This document shows, in pieces, positions 41,417-52,111 of a stretch of 64,000 nt of DNA. The position numbers were made by a program, and so were the translations under genes. The stretch is taken from positions 96,001 to 160,000 of the forward strand of contig CAWEMM010000008.1 of NCBI GenBank assembly GCA_963810095.1. The letters run 5' to 3'. A model generated the notes under the pieces. That model worked only from the letters and a program-made list of their open reading frames with translations. It searched no databases and was not told the DNA's origin. Source of the DNA: an uncultured Chloroflexia bacterium. GTDB taxonomy: Bacteria > Chloroflexota > Anaerolineae > CG2-30-64-16. The stretch's first letter is position 1; every line of letters begins with the position of its first letter.

Positions 41417-42425
41417 ATGACGGCCCTGGATCGATTCGCAGATGAAGTAAAAGACATGGCGAGTCTCGCAGAACCCGTGCAAATCGCCATCGAAAAGGAG
41501 TTATTGCCCGGGGAGGTCGTGCGCCGGATCATCTACGCGCCGCCTCATGAGGGGGCGGCCCGCAGGCGCAGGGTGGGCGGGTGGCTTTCCTGGCGACCTT
41601 CCCCGGCGTGGGTCCTGGTGTTGAGTGACACCCGGCTGCTGCTAGCGACGATCGAAGCGGACGAGCCTGTCCCGACGGTAAGCGCGGCCCCCGTGGCCGA
41701 CATGCTTCGGATCGAGCTCGGCGAGATCCTCTTATACGCCTGGTTGGAATGGTCGTGGGCCGCTGACGGCGAGCTACGACAGGAGCGGGTCTATTTCAAC
41801 TCGGTGCGCGCAGATCTGTTCTCGAAGGTGGTGGAAACGGTTCGCGCGGATATCGTCGCGCAATCTGGTCTGCCGCTGGCGGGCCAGGAGCGCGACCTGG
41901 CCTCGTTCAAGAGTCTACCATTCAAGTTCGCGAACATCATTCCGCACTTTCTGCTCTTCCGCGGCGAGTATGCAGAAAGCGTCGTCTTTCAGCCGGCGAT
42001 CTGGGGGCGGCACCTGGGCCTTCTGCCCGTACAAGCGCGCGCCAGTAACCGTTGCTGTCTTGACGCCTCACTACCTGCTGTTCGTACAAGATGATCTGTC
42101 TCACCAGAAGGCAGCCTACGGAGTGATCGCCAGCTACTGTCCTCGCAATCGGGTGACAGCTCTCGAGCTCGATCGCAAGGAGAACGACGTAGTGCTGAAT
42201 GCGACGCTTCGGTGGCAAGAGGCCGAAGAGAAGCTGAGCTACCTCTTTGAAGCAGAGGCAGAGCCGAGGCTGCGGGCGTTGATTGCCACGCTGGAGGGAT
42301 CGACGAGCGTGGTGAAGATGGCTGGTCCCGATGCGGGCGAGGAATCGAGCAACGGCAGAGCGGAGACGAACGCCGGGGAAGATGGCGCCGAGATCGAACG
42401 AAGAGGCCTTGGGAGGCCGCAATAG
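41417..42425 (+). CDS. Hypothetical protein (frameshift near 42030)
   Basis: GGAGG RBS directly after riboswitch 3; ORFs 41405 and 41970 join. Confidence 0.65.
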
Positions 42426-42481
42426 GAATCGCTGCCAGCTTCGTGCCAGCCCGACTGACTCGCTTTGGGTATGGAAGTGAG

Positions 42482-42800
42482 ATGCTGATGGGGTTGATCA
42501 TTGGTTTAGGAGGGCTGCTCCTCTCCATGTTCATGCTGAACGACCTGGTCTCCCAAGTGACGGACGCGGCATGGAACGCGGCAGAAGTGGCGGGCGAACA
42601 TGCGCCGGCTCCTGCGCGCGCCCCTGTTGTGGCTCTTTCTGGCGGGCTGTGCCGTCACCGTCCTGTCGGGGACGCGTGCAGGAGCGTTGTCAGCTGAGGA
42701 GGGCCGGAGCTTCTTCGCCGTATCGCTCACTTGGTGCTGCGTCATCATGGTCGCCGTGCGCTGGGTCCGCGCCCGTGCGGACCGCAGCGATGACGGATGA
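42482..42800 (+). CDS. Hypothetical small membrane protein (frameshifted)
   Basis: Hydrophobic segments in ORFs 42443 and 42600. Confidence 0.4.
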
Positions 42801-42861
42801 CGTGCAGTGTGTGACTAATGCAACTAAAATGTGAGGCAGTGCAGCGCACAAGGAGTCAAAG

Positions 42862-43317
42862 ATGATTACCCCGCGAGTGCTTTTCGTGTGTACGACGAAT
42901 TCGGTGCGCAGCCAGATGGCCGAGGCGCTCTTGCGCAAGCATGCCGCTGGCAGGTTTGAGGCCTACAGTGCGGGCATCGAGCCGGGCAAGGTGAACCCCC
43001 TGACCGTGCGCGTGCTCAACGAGGTGGGCATCGATCCGTCGCTACAGTGGGCGAAACCCGTCGAGCTCTTTCGCGGCAAGATGCATGTCGACTACGTGAT
43101 CACCTTGTGCAACAAGGCGGAACAACGCTGCCCTACTTTTCCGGCTGCGACCAGCCGGCACCACTGGTCTTTCGACGATCCGGCTGCGGGCGGCGGTTCG
43201 GAGGATGAGAAGCTAGCACGGTTTCGCAAGGTGCGCGACGAGATTGAAAAACAGATCCTGACCTGGATCGCCGAACTGAACGCGGAGCGAAATGGCGCCA
43301 CGCTCAAGGCCAGCTGA
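42862..43317 (+). CDS. arsC: LMWP-family arsenate reductase / phosphatase
   Basis: CTTNSVRSQMAE, LCNKAEQRCP, FDDP. Confidence 0.85.
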   Translation: MITPRVLFVCTTNSVRSQMAEALLRKHAAGRFEAYSAGIEPGKVNPLTVRVLNEVGIDPSLQWAKPVELFRGKMHVDYVITLCNKAEQRCPTFPAATSRHHWSFDDPAAGGGSEDEKLARFRKVRDEIEKQILTWIAELNAERNGATLKAS

Positions 43318-43358
43318 TGCCGGTGCCAGGTCCGACGCCGTCACGCGCGTGAGGTTGA

Positions 43359-43396
43359 GGGGGGGAGCGACCTAACAGCCTCGCTCCCCCCCTTTC
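43359..43396 (+). terminator. Hairpin terminator
   Basis: GGGGGGAGCGA...TCGCTCCCCCC followed by TTT. Confidence 0.55.
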
Positions 43397-43437
43397 CGTT
43401 CTCTACGCAGCTCAGTCGTGCCAGGGAGGAGAGTGTT

Positions 43438-43889
43438 ATGGCAGAATGTCTATTCTGCAAGATAGCGGCTGGCGAAGCACGGTGTCACAGGATTTGGGAA
43501 GACGACAACGATCTCGCATTCCTTTCCATCTTTCCCAATACCGCGGGGTAGGCGTAGTCATCACCAAGGAACACTATCCGAGCTATGCCTTCGAGCTCCC
43601 AGACGGCGTGCTTATGGCGTTGATGCTCGTGGCCAAGAAGGTCGCGCTGCTCCTTAATCGGAAACTCGACGACGTTGGTCGAACGGGAGCAGTTGTGGAG
43701 GGTTTTGAGATCGACCATGTCCATGTGAAGCTCTATCCGTTGCATGGCACGATGATGGACGCCTGGGGTCCCGTACCATCGTCGGTGGACAAGTACTTCG
43801 AGAAGTACGAGGGATACATCTCGTCGCACAACTTGCGCAGAGCGGACGATGAAGCGCTATAGCGACTGGCTGCGCTGATTAGCGGGTGA
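43438..43889 (+). pseudogene. HIT-family hydrolase, frameshifted, with early TAG
   Basis: MAECLFCKI...AFLSIFPN, then frame change to EIDHVHVKLYP; TAG ending at 43862 falls before the expected end. Confidence 0.6.
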
Positions 43890-43934
43890 CCGGTGCTCTC
43901 ACCAAGTGTGAGCTTTGAACGGGCTTGCCTTCAA

Positions 43935-44246
43935 TCAACGACGTCGCTCCCCCTTTCGCATCCTCATCCCGGCGTGTTCGAGTCCTGGTGTGCTTCCTCG
44001 CTCTTCTCCCCGGTCGCGACCTTCCGCGCGGCCCCGTTGCTGCTCGGCGCAGCTTTCAGCCGGATGATCACCCAGCTCCCGGCCGGCGACGCGGATCGGC
44101 GTCGGCTCGAACTGCACCTTCTTGCCGAAGCAGGCGGTCACGTCGTCGCCGAAGAGCGCCTGCAAGGCGTCCTGGTTGGCGCCGGACAGCACCAGCCCCT
44201 TCTTGGCCTCCTGGAAGTGTAGTGCTAGAATCGAGATGGATGACAT
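43935..44246 (-). pseudogene. Remnant of a phage/ICE-type hypothetical protein
   Basis: LHFQEAKKGLVLSGANQDAL..LFGDD...GKKV resembles phage proteins; 5' end broken; next to the att-like site. Confidence 0.4.
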
Positions 44247-44357
44247 TCAGCTTCACTGAAGACGATGGTCATCAAGCTGGCATCGGACGGCAAAAATGCC
44301 TTCTGAGGCATGTAGGACGTCCGCTGCGAGGACATGCTTAGCGACACGGGGAAAAAG

Positions 44358-44410
44358 GCATCCATCTTCCCAAGCTGGATGTCACCGGTTCGAATCCGGT
44401 TACCCGCTCC
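44358..44410 (+). mobile_element. 3' fragment of tRNA-Gly(CCC), putative attachment site
   Basis: TTCCCAA anticodon loop, GGTTCGAATCC T-arm, acceptor 3' strand ACCCGC-TCC; no matching 5' half; hairpin at 44416-44445 follows. Confidence 0.75.
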
Positions 44411-44976
44411 TCCTACGACCGGTAGTGGTTCGCCGCTACCGGTCGCCTGTATTTAGAACACCTAACCAAACCCGGTCTGTCGGACGATTTGCGCTCAGAT
44501 GCACGCTGTCTGGCAAAATGGGTGGCGGCATTCAAGCGCAAGCTTGCCCGCGCCGACCCGTGGGCGACGGAGTTCCTCTGGGATCACGTCGTCGGGAAGG
44601 CGCCGGCCAGGCAGGAGCTCGGCGGCATGGAAGGCGAGCCGCTGGAGATCATCGTCCGGCACGTGGCGGTGCCACTGCCCGACCTCGCTTCGGTGGAGTG
44701 AGGCAGGTTCAAGCCCCTCCCGCTCCACGTTCACTTCGCAGGTGTCGCCGGCCCGTCGCTAGCCCGCCGGCGTACCTCCCGCCACGCCGGCCTAATCTGC
44801 GCTGCTCGTCGCTTGCGCTATGGCTAACGCAACGCCGAGCGTCAGTTTCCTGACGACCTGCGAGCTATTGTTGCTTCTTTTCCGGAGCGGCGTAGCGGCG
44901 CCTCCCGACCTCCAGCACGCCTCGCTTCCGGCGTCGCTCCAAGTGACCTGGTAACCGAAGAAGGTACATCGCAGTC

Positions 44977-45060
44977 GTGGCAGACAAGAACGGAACCACC
45001 GCCAAGAACGGCACGGCCGGTCCCCTCGGCTTCGAGGCGAAGCTGTGGGCGGCGGCTGAG
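44977..45060 (+). pseudogene. N-terminal remnant of type I RM methyltransferase HsdM
   Basis: GTG...KNG...LGFEAKLWAAA, then similarity ends. Confidence 0.5.
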
Positions 45061-45199
45061 CGAGCCGTGGTTATCATCGGGGGAGACGCGGCAGCGCTTG
45101 ATCGTGGGTACTGAGAAGAAGATCACCCAGGCGGGCATCGATGGATCAAGCACTAGGTTCGCTAGGTGCGGCTCGGTCGTAATTGCGGGGGCGGGACAT

Positions 45200-45832
45200 C
45201 GTCTGGTGGACCCATCCCAACCGACCACGTCACCGTGCTGCGCCGTCTTGGTCAGGGCGTGGACAAAGCAGCCGACCAGGAAGGCAAGACATTCAAATTC
45301 GAGGAAGCGCAGGGCGGTTTGATCCAGCATGATTTGGATGTTGGCCGGAAACTCGTCATCCGCCTCGTAGAAGACAACCCGCAAGGGGATTTTTGGCAGA
45401 ACTGCGAAGTCCCAGTACATGTTTGCCTTCCCATGCCTCTTCGGCTACCCCACCCAATTTCAGCGCTGCTTCGCCGAACTTGGCGTAGTCGTTACGGAAA
45501 CAGCGTTCTAGCGGTCGATTCATCAACCGGAGCTCTGTGTGAAGTCCGCCCCCCATTCCCGGTATGCTCTCGAACAAAACGAAACGGTTCTCCGGGTCTC
45601 CGCTGCCGCGCGATAGGAGGTAATAGAGAAGCACGCTGCGGTTGTTTACATTCACCGGTTGGCCGTCCAGCGGTTCGGCGCCGTCCACAGTAATACGATA
45701 GTCTCTCTCCAGGAAACTTGCTTGAATGCGTCCATCGACATAGCTGAGGCCGAGCCGTCTGGCAGCTTCTTGAAAGTCGCAGCCAGGGAGTCTGCTCACC
45801 AATCCGAGGTAAATTGAATCATAGCCCGTCAT
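45200..45832 (-). CDS. DUF3786-like protein (frameshift near 45420; 3' end uncertain)
   Basis: LLYYLL...FVLFESIPG; LPKIPLRVVFYEADDEFPA.IQIMLD. Confidence 0.7.
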
Positions 45833-45880
45833 TAAACGAATCCCGCCTCCTTGCTGCCTGTCCGAAGAACCGGCATAGAG

Positions 45881-46327
45881 CTAGCGCCCTTTGGCCGTCT
45901 CTTCGCGCAGCGTCATTTGGGTGCTACTCGCACGCGCCACCAGTGACTCCGCCTCATCAAAAATGTCACACTCCACCAACCCCACCGTCCGCCCGCCCTT
46001 AACGACGTGCCCTACAGCGGTAAGCTTTGTTTTCCAGACGGGCTTCAGAAAATTGATCTTCAACTCAAGCGTGGTGAAAGATTCGCCTGGACGCAGCAGG
46101 CTTGCGTAGGCCATGCCCATAGCAGCGTCGGCCAGGTCGCACAGTATGCCGCCGTGTAGTGTTCCCATCGGATTAGCATGGCGTTCGTCCGTTTGAAGCT
46201 CAAAACGAGCTATGCCGGGCTCAAGCGAGACGAGATCGAAACCGATCAGGCCGGCAACGGGCGGTGGTAGTTTCATCTTGCTCGCGAGTTCCTCGAGCAG
46301 AGGATGATCGGCTGGAATATTGGCCAT
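45881..46327 (-). CDS. PaaI-family thioesterase
   Basis: HANPMGTLHGGILCDLADAAMG, TTLELKINFLKP. Confidence 0.92.
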   Translation of the reverse strand: MANIPADHPLLEELASKMKLPPPVAGLIGFDLVSLEPGIARFELQTDERHANPMGTLHGGILCDLADAAMGMAYASLLRPGESFTTLELKINFLKPVWKTKLTAVGHVVKGGRTVGLVECDIFDEAESLVARASSTQMTLREETAKGR

Positions 46328-46768
46328 TTTTCACTCCTCAGTGATGCTCTTGAAGCGTTTGCTCGGCAATGCCGTCCTCGCGGCACAGGTCCGCAAGCGG
46401 CTTCTCGCCTTTGTCTGCCGCCCGCAGAGTACCAACGATCCCTTCTTCGAGAACCGCTCCTGCCTCGTTTAGAACCTCTCACCTATCCTGAGATTCTAAC
46501 ACATCAAGTGGCGCGAATTTCGGGGACCAGGTCACTCTGCGACGAGCCGTATTTGTGGGTAGCGCTGAAGAATTGCCACAGCGCGAGATGTGGGCACTGT
46601 TACAACTTTCCGCCGTTCCCAACGGCTTCGCTTTAGGCTAAAATCGTTTCGATGACCCGGAGCAGGTTTCGAGTTTGCCGGGCATCGCGTTGCGACTGCG
46701 CGATTGCGATCGCTGCTCATGCCTGTCGTGGCAGTATCTTGATGGCAGAAGGATGACCAAAGCAGCGT

Positions 46769-49495
46769 ATGGCCCCAAACGTACTCGAAAACCGTCCTCA
46801 TTCCGCAGATACCGGCGCGCTTCCTGACGAGCGCGGAGACGCGCACGCTCGTCTTCTGGCCCCCGAGCTGGCGGAGATCGCCGAGGCAGCGCGCTTTCCC
46901 GAAGAGAATCCCAATCCGGTCTTTCGCGTGGCCGCTGATGGCCGGCTGCTCTACGCCAATCGCGCGAGCCGGCCGCTGCTGGCGACGTGGGGCGTGGATG
47001 ATGGCGGATGCGTTCCGCCGCCGTGGCGGAATCGGATCACTGAGGTTCTGGCAGGGGGTCAGCCCCGCAAGTGGGACGCCGAATGTGGCGACCAGCTCTT
47101 GCAGCTGCATTATGTGCCCATTCTCATCAGTGGATATGTCAATGTCTACGGGGCCGATGTCACCGAGCGTGTCACGGCGCTTCAGGCTGGGCGCGCGTCT
47201 GACGCTAAGTATCGTCTATTATTCGACTCGATTGATGTGGCTTTCTGCATCATCGAAGTCCTGTTTGACGAGAGCGGGAAGCCGGTCGACTATGTCTTCC
47301 TCGAAGCCAACCCGGCGTTCGAGCGCCAGACGGGCCTCGTCGACGCAATCGGGCGCCGCATGCGAGACTTGGCTCCCCTGCATGAGGAATATTGGTTCCA
47401 AATCTACGGCAAGATCGCACTCACGGGCGAGCCGGCGCGTTTTGAGAATGCCGCCGCACAGTTTGGCCGGTATTATGACCTCTACGCCTTTCGCATTGGC
47501 GATCCCGCAGAAAGAAAAGTCGCGGTCCTGTTCAGCGATATAACTTCGCGCAAGCAGGCGGAGGCAGAGCGAGACCGGCTGTGGCGTGAGGTCGAGGCGC
47601 GTAATCGTGAGCTCGAGGCTCAAGCGGAGCAGATCCGGACGCTGAACGCGGGTCTCGAGCAGCGCGTGCTCGAGCGAACGGCGGAGCTGGAGGCGATTTT
47701 TGCGAGCATACCGGACGCACTCTATGTCGCCGACGAAAGCGGGGTGCTGCGCTGCAACCGGGCCGTGCTCGATGCCTTCGGGTGCGAGACCGTGGACGAA
47801 CTCAACGAGAAGCGCCGACAGCTGGTATCCCAGATGTCGCCACGCTATGCCGGCACCGGGCAGTCAATCCCGCACGCGGAGCTCGAACGGGGGCCGCGGC
47901 GGCGAGGCGAGCGGGCAGTCGTCGAAATGACGATCCGTCATCAAGCGACCCAGCAAGATCGGACCTATCGTGTGGCGGCTGCGCCAGTGCCATTGCACGG
48001 CCAGACCGTCGCGTTCGTGGCTCATGCCACCGACATCACCGAACAGAAGCGCACTGAACTGGAACTGGCTTATCAGGCGAACCTGCTGGCCAACGTGAGC
48101 GATGCGGTGATCGCGACCGACCTGGACCACCGGATTACGTCGTTGAATCGCGCCGCCGAGGAGATGTTCGGTTGGACGATTGCAGAAGCGCGGGGCCGGC
48201 CAATTGAAGAAGTCCTGCCGAGCCGCTTCATTAAAACGTCGGTTGCGGAGGTCTACCGTGAACTGGCGGAAGAGGGACGGTGGCGCGGGGAAATGATCGT
48301 GACCTGTCGCGACGGGCGGGAGCTGCACGTCGATGCGAGCCGCATGCCCGTGCGTGATGCCCGCGGCCAGGTCATCGGCCAGGTGGGCGTGAAGCGCGAC
48401 ATCACGGCGCAGAAGCAAGCCCGCGCACAGATAGACCACATGGCCGATCTGCTCGAGAACGTCAACGACGCTATCTTTGCCTACGATGTCAACATGCGCA
48501 TCACCGCTTGGAACAAGCGCGCGGCGGAACTGTACGGCTGGAGCGCCGCCGAGGCGATCGGGGCTTATGGGCCTGATATCGTCGGTTCGCGCCTAACCGT
48601 GGATCAGCGGGACGCCGCGATGCGGCACATAGCCGAGATCGGTCGCTGGCAGGGCCAGGCTATGCATACTCGGCGCGACGGCACCCCCATCATCATCGAG
48701 GCGACCGCAATGCGGTTGTGCGACGAGACCGGCCGCGTCAACGGCTACGTGACCGTGAACCGTGACATCACCGAGCGCAAGAGGATGGAGGACGAACTCA
48801 AGGCCCGTCGGGAGGAGCTAGAGGGTTTGTCGCGGCGACTGGTAACCATGCAGGAGAGCGAACGCAGCTACGTGGCGGATCAGTTATATAACCAGGCGGG
48901 GCAGGTCCTGGCAGCGCTCCAAATGCAGCTCTCTCGGCTCGGTCGTGAGGACGGACGCGAGGGGCCGGCGGAGCAGTTGCCGCGCATGCAAGCCATGCTG
49001 CAAGAGGCGATTGGGGAACTGCACGACCTGGCCAAGGAGCTGCGGCCGGCCGGCCTCGATCGTTCGAGCCTGGCCCGCGTTTTGGGGACTTACGTGACCG
49101 AGTTCGGCAAGTCGCATGGGCTGGCGGTGCAATTCCGGCCGGGCACGGCGGAAGCGCTGCGCGTGCCGGCGGACGTTGGAACTGCGATCTTCCGCTCTGT
49201 ACAAGAGGGGCTGACGAACGTCGCGCGGCATGCTCGGGCATCGGAAGTTGTCCTGTCGTTGGCAGTGGAGGGCGACGACCTGGTGGTGACGCTAACGGAC
49301 AACGGCGTCGGGTTTGGCGCCGGCGTTGCTTTCGGGGAGGACGGTCGCGAGCTGAGGGCCGCGATGGGCCAGCCGGGTTGGCTCGGCCTGGCCAGCATTC
49401 GGGAGCGACTGGAAATCATTGGCGGTCACCTGACGATTCTGAGCGGGAAATCAGGGACAACGCTGACGATGACGGCGCCAATCGTCGGGCGCTAA
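46769..49495 (+). CDS. Cytoplasmic multi-PAS sensor kinase, NarX/HisKA_3 type, with Tyr at the phospho-His position
   Basis: Several PAS/PAC repeats (DITERK); ERSYVADQLYNQAGQ; QEGLTNVARHA, DNGVGF, GLASIRER. Confidence 0.85.
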   Translation: MAPNVLENRPHSADTGALPDERGDAHARLLAPELAEIAEAARFPEENPNPVFRVAADGRLLYANRASRPLLATWGVDDGGCVPPPWRNRITEVLAGGQPRKWDAECGDQLLQLHYVPILISGYVNVYGADVTERVTALQAGRASDAKYRLLFDSIDVAFCIIEVLFDESGKPVDYVFLEANPAFERQTGLVDAIGRRMRDLAPLHEEYWFQIYGKIALTGEPARFENAAAQFGRYYDLYAFRIGDPAERKVAVLFSDITSRKQAEAERDRLWREVEARNRELEAQAEQIRTLNAGLEQRVLERTAELEAIFASIPDALYVADESGVLRCNRAVLDAFGCETVDELNEKRRQLVSQMSPRYAGTGQSIPHAELERGPRRRGERAVVEMTIRHQATQQDRTYRVAAAPVPLHGQTVAFVAHATDITEQKRTELELAYQANLLANVSDAVIATDLDHRITSLNRAAEEMFGWTIAEARGRPIEEVLPSRFIKTSVAEVYRELAEEGRWRGEMIVTCRDGRELHVDASRMPVRDARGQVIGQVGVKRDITAQKQARAQIDHMADLLENVNDAIFAYDVNMRITAWNKRAAELYGWSAAEAIGAYGPDIVGSRLTVDQRDAAMRHIAEIGRWQGQAMHTRRDGTPIIIEATAMRLCDETGRVNGYVTVNRDITERKRMEDELKARREELEGLSRRLVTMQESERSYVADQLYNQAGQVLAALQMQLSRLGREDGREGPAEQLPRMQAMLQEAIGELHDLAKELRPAGLDRSSLARVLGTYVTEFGKSHGLAVQFRPGTAEALRVPADVGTAIFRSVQEGLTNVARHARASEVVLSLAVEGDDLVVTLTDNGVGFGAGVAFGEDGRELRAAMGQPGWLGLASIRERLEIIGGHLTILSGKSGTTLTMTAPIVGR

Positions 49496-49575
49496 TGGTA
49501 GACCCGTTTAGCAGTGTGGAGAGATGGGCATGAACGATCCTCAGCCGCGACGGAAATGCCGGCAATTCGATCCGG

Positions 49576-49986
49576 GTGCTAATCGCCGACGACCATGCGA
49601 TGGTGCGGACGGGCCTGTGTATGATCCTGGAAGACGAGCCGGATTTGGAAGTGGTTGGGGAGGCCGAGGATGGGGCCCGGGCCCTGGAATTGGCGCTGGC
49701 GCTGCTGCCCACCGTGGTTCTGGCAGACATCAGCATGCCGCGGCCGGACGGGATCGAGCTGGCGCGCCTGCTTTGCCGGGACGCGCCCAGCGTAAAGACG
49801 ATCATGGTTAGCATGCATCAGGATCCGGAAATCGTGGACGACGCCTTCGCGGCCGGGGCGGCCGGCTTTGTTCTTAAGCAGTCGGGGCCTGATGAGCTCG
49901 TGCAGGCAATCCGGCGCGTGGCGGCAGGCGGGCGGTATCTCGACGCGCAACTGCGCGAGCGCGGGATGAAGTTTGGGGAGATCTAG
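49576..49986 (+). CDS. NarL-type receiver domain without HTH (start uncertain)
   Basis: LIADDHAMVR, LADISMP, GFVLKQ; stops after the receiver domain. Confidence 0.8.
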   Translation: MLIADDHAMVRTGLCMILEDEPDLEVVGEAEDGARALELALALLPTVVLADISMPRPDGIELARLLCRDAPSVKTIMVSMHQDPEIVDDAFAAGAAGFVLKQSGPDELVQAIRRVAAGGRYLDAQLRERGMKFGEI

Positions 49987-50020
49987 AGCCGCCATTCTTC
50001 TGGTCGCGACCAAGCAAGAC

Positions 50021-51961
50021 CTATTCAATCTGATACGGCACGTTGGTAATAACTACTCCATGTCGGCCACGCAGCGCAAGCTCCAGCCACGTTGCCGTCT
50101 GAGTGTGGAGCAGATTCGCCGCGGCCTGCTCGGGCACGAACTGCGGGACCACAACAGTGATGATTTCGTTCGGCTGCCGTTCCTTGTAGATGCCCTCGAT
50201 GTACTGCAGTAAAGGCTCCATCAGCAGGCGGTAGGGCGACTCAAGCACCACCAGGCGCACGCCTTCGCCCCACGTGTCCCATTTCTTCTTGACTCGCTCA
50301 GCATCGTCCGGATCGATGGAGACATGCACAGCGGTGACGTCTGGCGACAAGGCCTGGGCGTAACGCAGTGCAGCCAGCGTCCCGCGGTGAACCCCGCTCA
50401 GCGGCAGTATGACGCGCTGACGCGTAATGGGTGGCGGGCCGCCAAAATCGTCCAGAGACAGGCTCCGCGCCAAGCGCCGGTAATGGCGGTGAATCGTGCT
50501 AAGGCCAAGGACCAGAGTAGGAATCAAAACAAGAATGATCCATGCGCCGTCCTTGAATTTGGCAACCGCAAAGACGACAGCGACGATCGCGGTCATCACT
50601 GCGCCGAACCCGTTGACGAACAGCTTGCCGTGCCACCCGGATTCATACGCCAGCTTCGAGCCGCGCTCCTGAACTTCCTCACCCGGCTTCAGCTGGCCGA
50701 TCTTCCGCCAGCGGAGCGCCATACCGGTCTGCGAAAGCGTAAAGGAGAGAAACACGCCGATTGCATACAACGGGATGAGGGCGGTGACCGATGCCTCGAA
50801 CACGATAATCAGCAGGGAGGCGATGAGCGCCAGGGCCACAATGCCACGCGAGAAAACCAGGCGGCTGCCACGATACGCGAGCTGGCGCGGCAAGAAGCCA
50901 TCCTGCGCAAGGAGAGCCGACAGACGTGGAAAGTCGGCGAAGGCGGTATTGGCGGCCAGGATGAGGATCAGCGATGTCGCGGCGATCAGGAGCAGATAGG
51001 GCAGGTCGCGTCCCCCGTAGACCGTGCGCCCCAATTGCGAGATGACGGTCTCGAGCTCCGACGGCACTGCGCCGATCTGCACTGACAGAAATGTGATACC
51101 GAGGAGCAGCGTACCCAGGATCGCCGACATCCAGATGAGCGTGATGCCCGCATTGTGACTGCGCGGCTGCTTGAACGCGGGGATGCCGTTCGAGATCGCC
51201 TCCACACCCGTTAGCGCGCTGGTTCCGTTGGCGAACGCACGCAGGATCAGGAAGAGCGAGACGGCTTGGGCGCCGTGAATCATCTCAAGCTCGGGGGGAT
51301 CGACAACGGTGCCGAGGTCGCCTGTCAGGTAGCGCAGCAAGCCGACAATCACCGTAACGAACATCATGACGATGAAAAAGTAGGTGGGGATGGCGAAGAC
51401 GGCGCCGGATTCCTTTACCCCGCGCAGGTTCATCACCATTACGAAGAGCACCAAGGCTACCGAGAGCTCGACCCGCAGCGGAAAAAGCGCCGGAACAGCG
51501 GAGGTAACCTGCGCGACGCCAGACGAAACCGAAACTGCGACGGTCAGGATATAGTCCGTGAGCAGCGCGGCACCTGCAATTTGTGCCGGCAGCTCGCCTA
51601 AATTGTCACGCGAGACGATGTATGCACCGCCGCCACCCGGATAGGCGTGGATCGTCTGCTCGTACGAGATGGTAACAATGGCGAGCAGGCCAACAATCGC
51701 GATCGAGAGCGGGATTGCGTAGCCGAGCGCGGCTGAGCCGGCGAGCGCCAGGACGACGAGCATTTCCTGGGTCGCGTAGGCTGAGGACGACATCGCATCG
51801 GAAGAAAAAACGGCCAGGCCAACGATCTTGCTGATCGCCTGATGCGGCGCATCGGCCGTTCTCAGAGGTCGCCCAAACAGCCAGGTGCTCCACGAACGGC
51901 GGGGCACTGAGCCCGCAGTGCGGTGTTGAATGGTTATGGCTTCTTCTTCAACTCGTTGCAT
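50021..51961 (-). CDS. APC-family permease, KimA-like K+ transporter
   Basis: SSDAMSSSAYAT, YPGGGGAY, TGVEAISNG, PLYAIGVF, C-terminal SPYR cytosolic domain. Confidence 0.85.
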   Translation of the reverse strand: MQRVEEEAITIQHRTAGSVPRRSWSTWLFGRPLRTADAPHQAISKIVGLAVFSSDAMSSSAYATQEMLVVLALAGSAALGYAIPLSIAIVGLLAIVTISYEQTIHAYPGGGGAYIVSRDNLGELPAQIAGAALLTDYILTVAVSVSSGVAQVTSAVPALFPLRVELSVALVLFVMVMNLRGVKESGAVFAIPTYFFIVMMFVTVIVGLLRYLTGDLGTVVDPPELEMIHGAQAVSLFLILRAFANGTSALTGVEAISNGIPAFKQPRSHNAGITLIWMSAILGTLLLGITFLSVQIGAVPSELETVISQLGRTVYGGRDLPYLLLIAATSLILILAANTAFADFPRLSALLAQDGFLPRQLAYRGSRLVFSRGIVALALIASLLIIVFEASVTALIPLYAIGVFLSFTLSQTGMALRWRKIGQLKPGEEVQERGSKLAYESGWHGKLFVNGFGAVMTAIVAVVFAVAKFKDGAWIILVLIPTLVLGLSTIHRHYRRLARSLSLDDFGGPPPITRQRVILPLSGVHRGTLAALRYAQALSPDVTAVHVSIDPDDAERVKKKWDTWGEGVRLVVLESPYRLLMEPLLQYIEGIYKERQPNEIITVVVPQFVPEQAAANLLHTQTATWLELALRGRHGVVITNVPYQIE

Positions 51962-52062
51962 GTTTTCCTGGCCCCGCCTACTGGCGCGACTTAACCTCCC
52001 TGCTGGGTGATGACCAAACGCGATGGACGAGCTCTCCAACAAGGGAGTGTACCTGAGGACAC

Positions 52063-52111
52063 ATCAAGACGGCGTCAAATCGGGGCCAAAACGTGTCAAG
52101 AAAACGTCAAG
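52063..52111 (-). promoter_or_regulatory. Putative KdpE/OmpR-type direct-repeat array
   Basis: Five RTCAAR-like hexamers at about 11-bp spacing upstream of the APC gene. Confidence 0.6.

Noticed and set aside
44336-44410. Intact tRNA-Gly gene
   Set aside because: No 5' acceptor strand or D-arm complementary to the 3' half, and the anticodon stem has a mismatch
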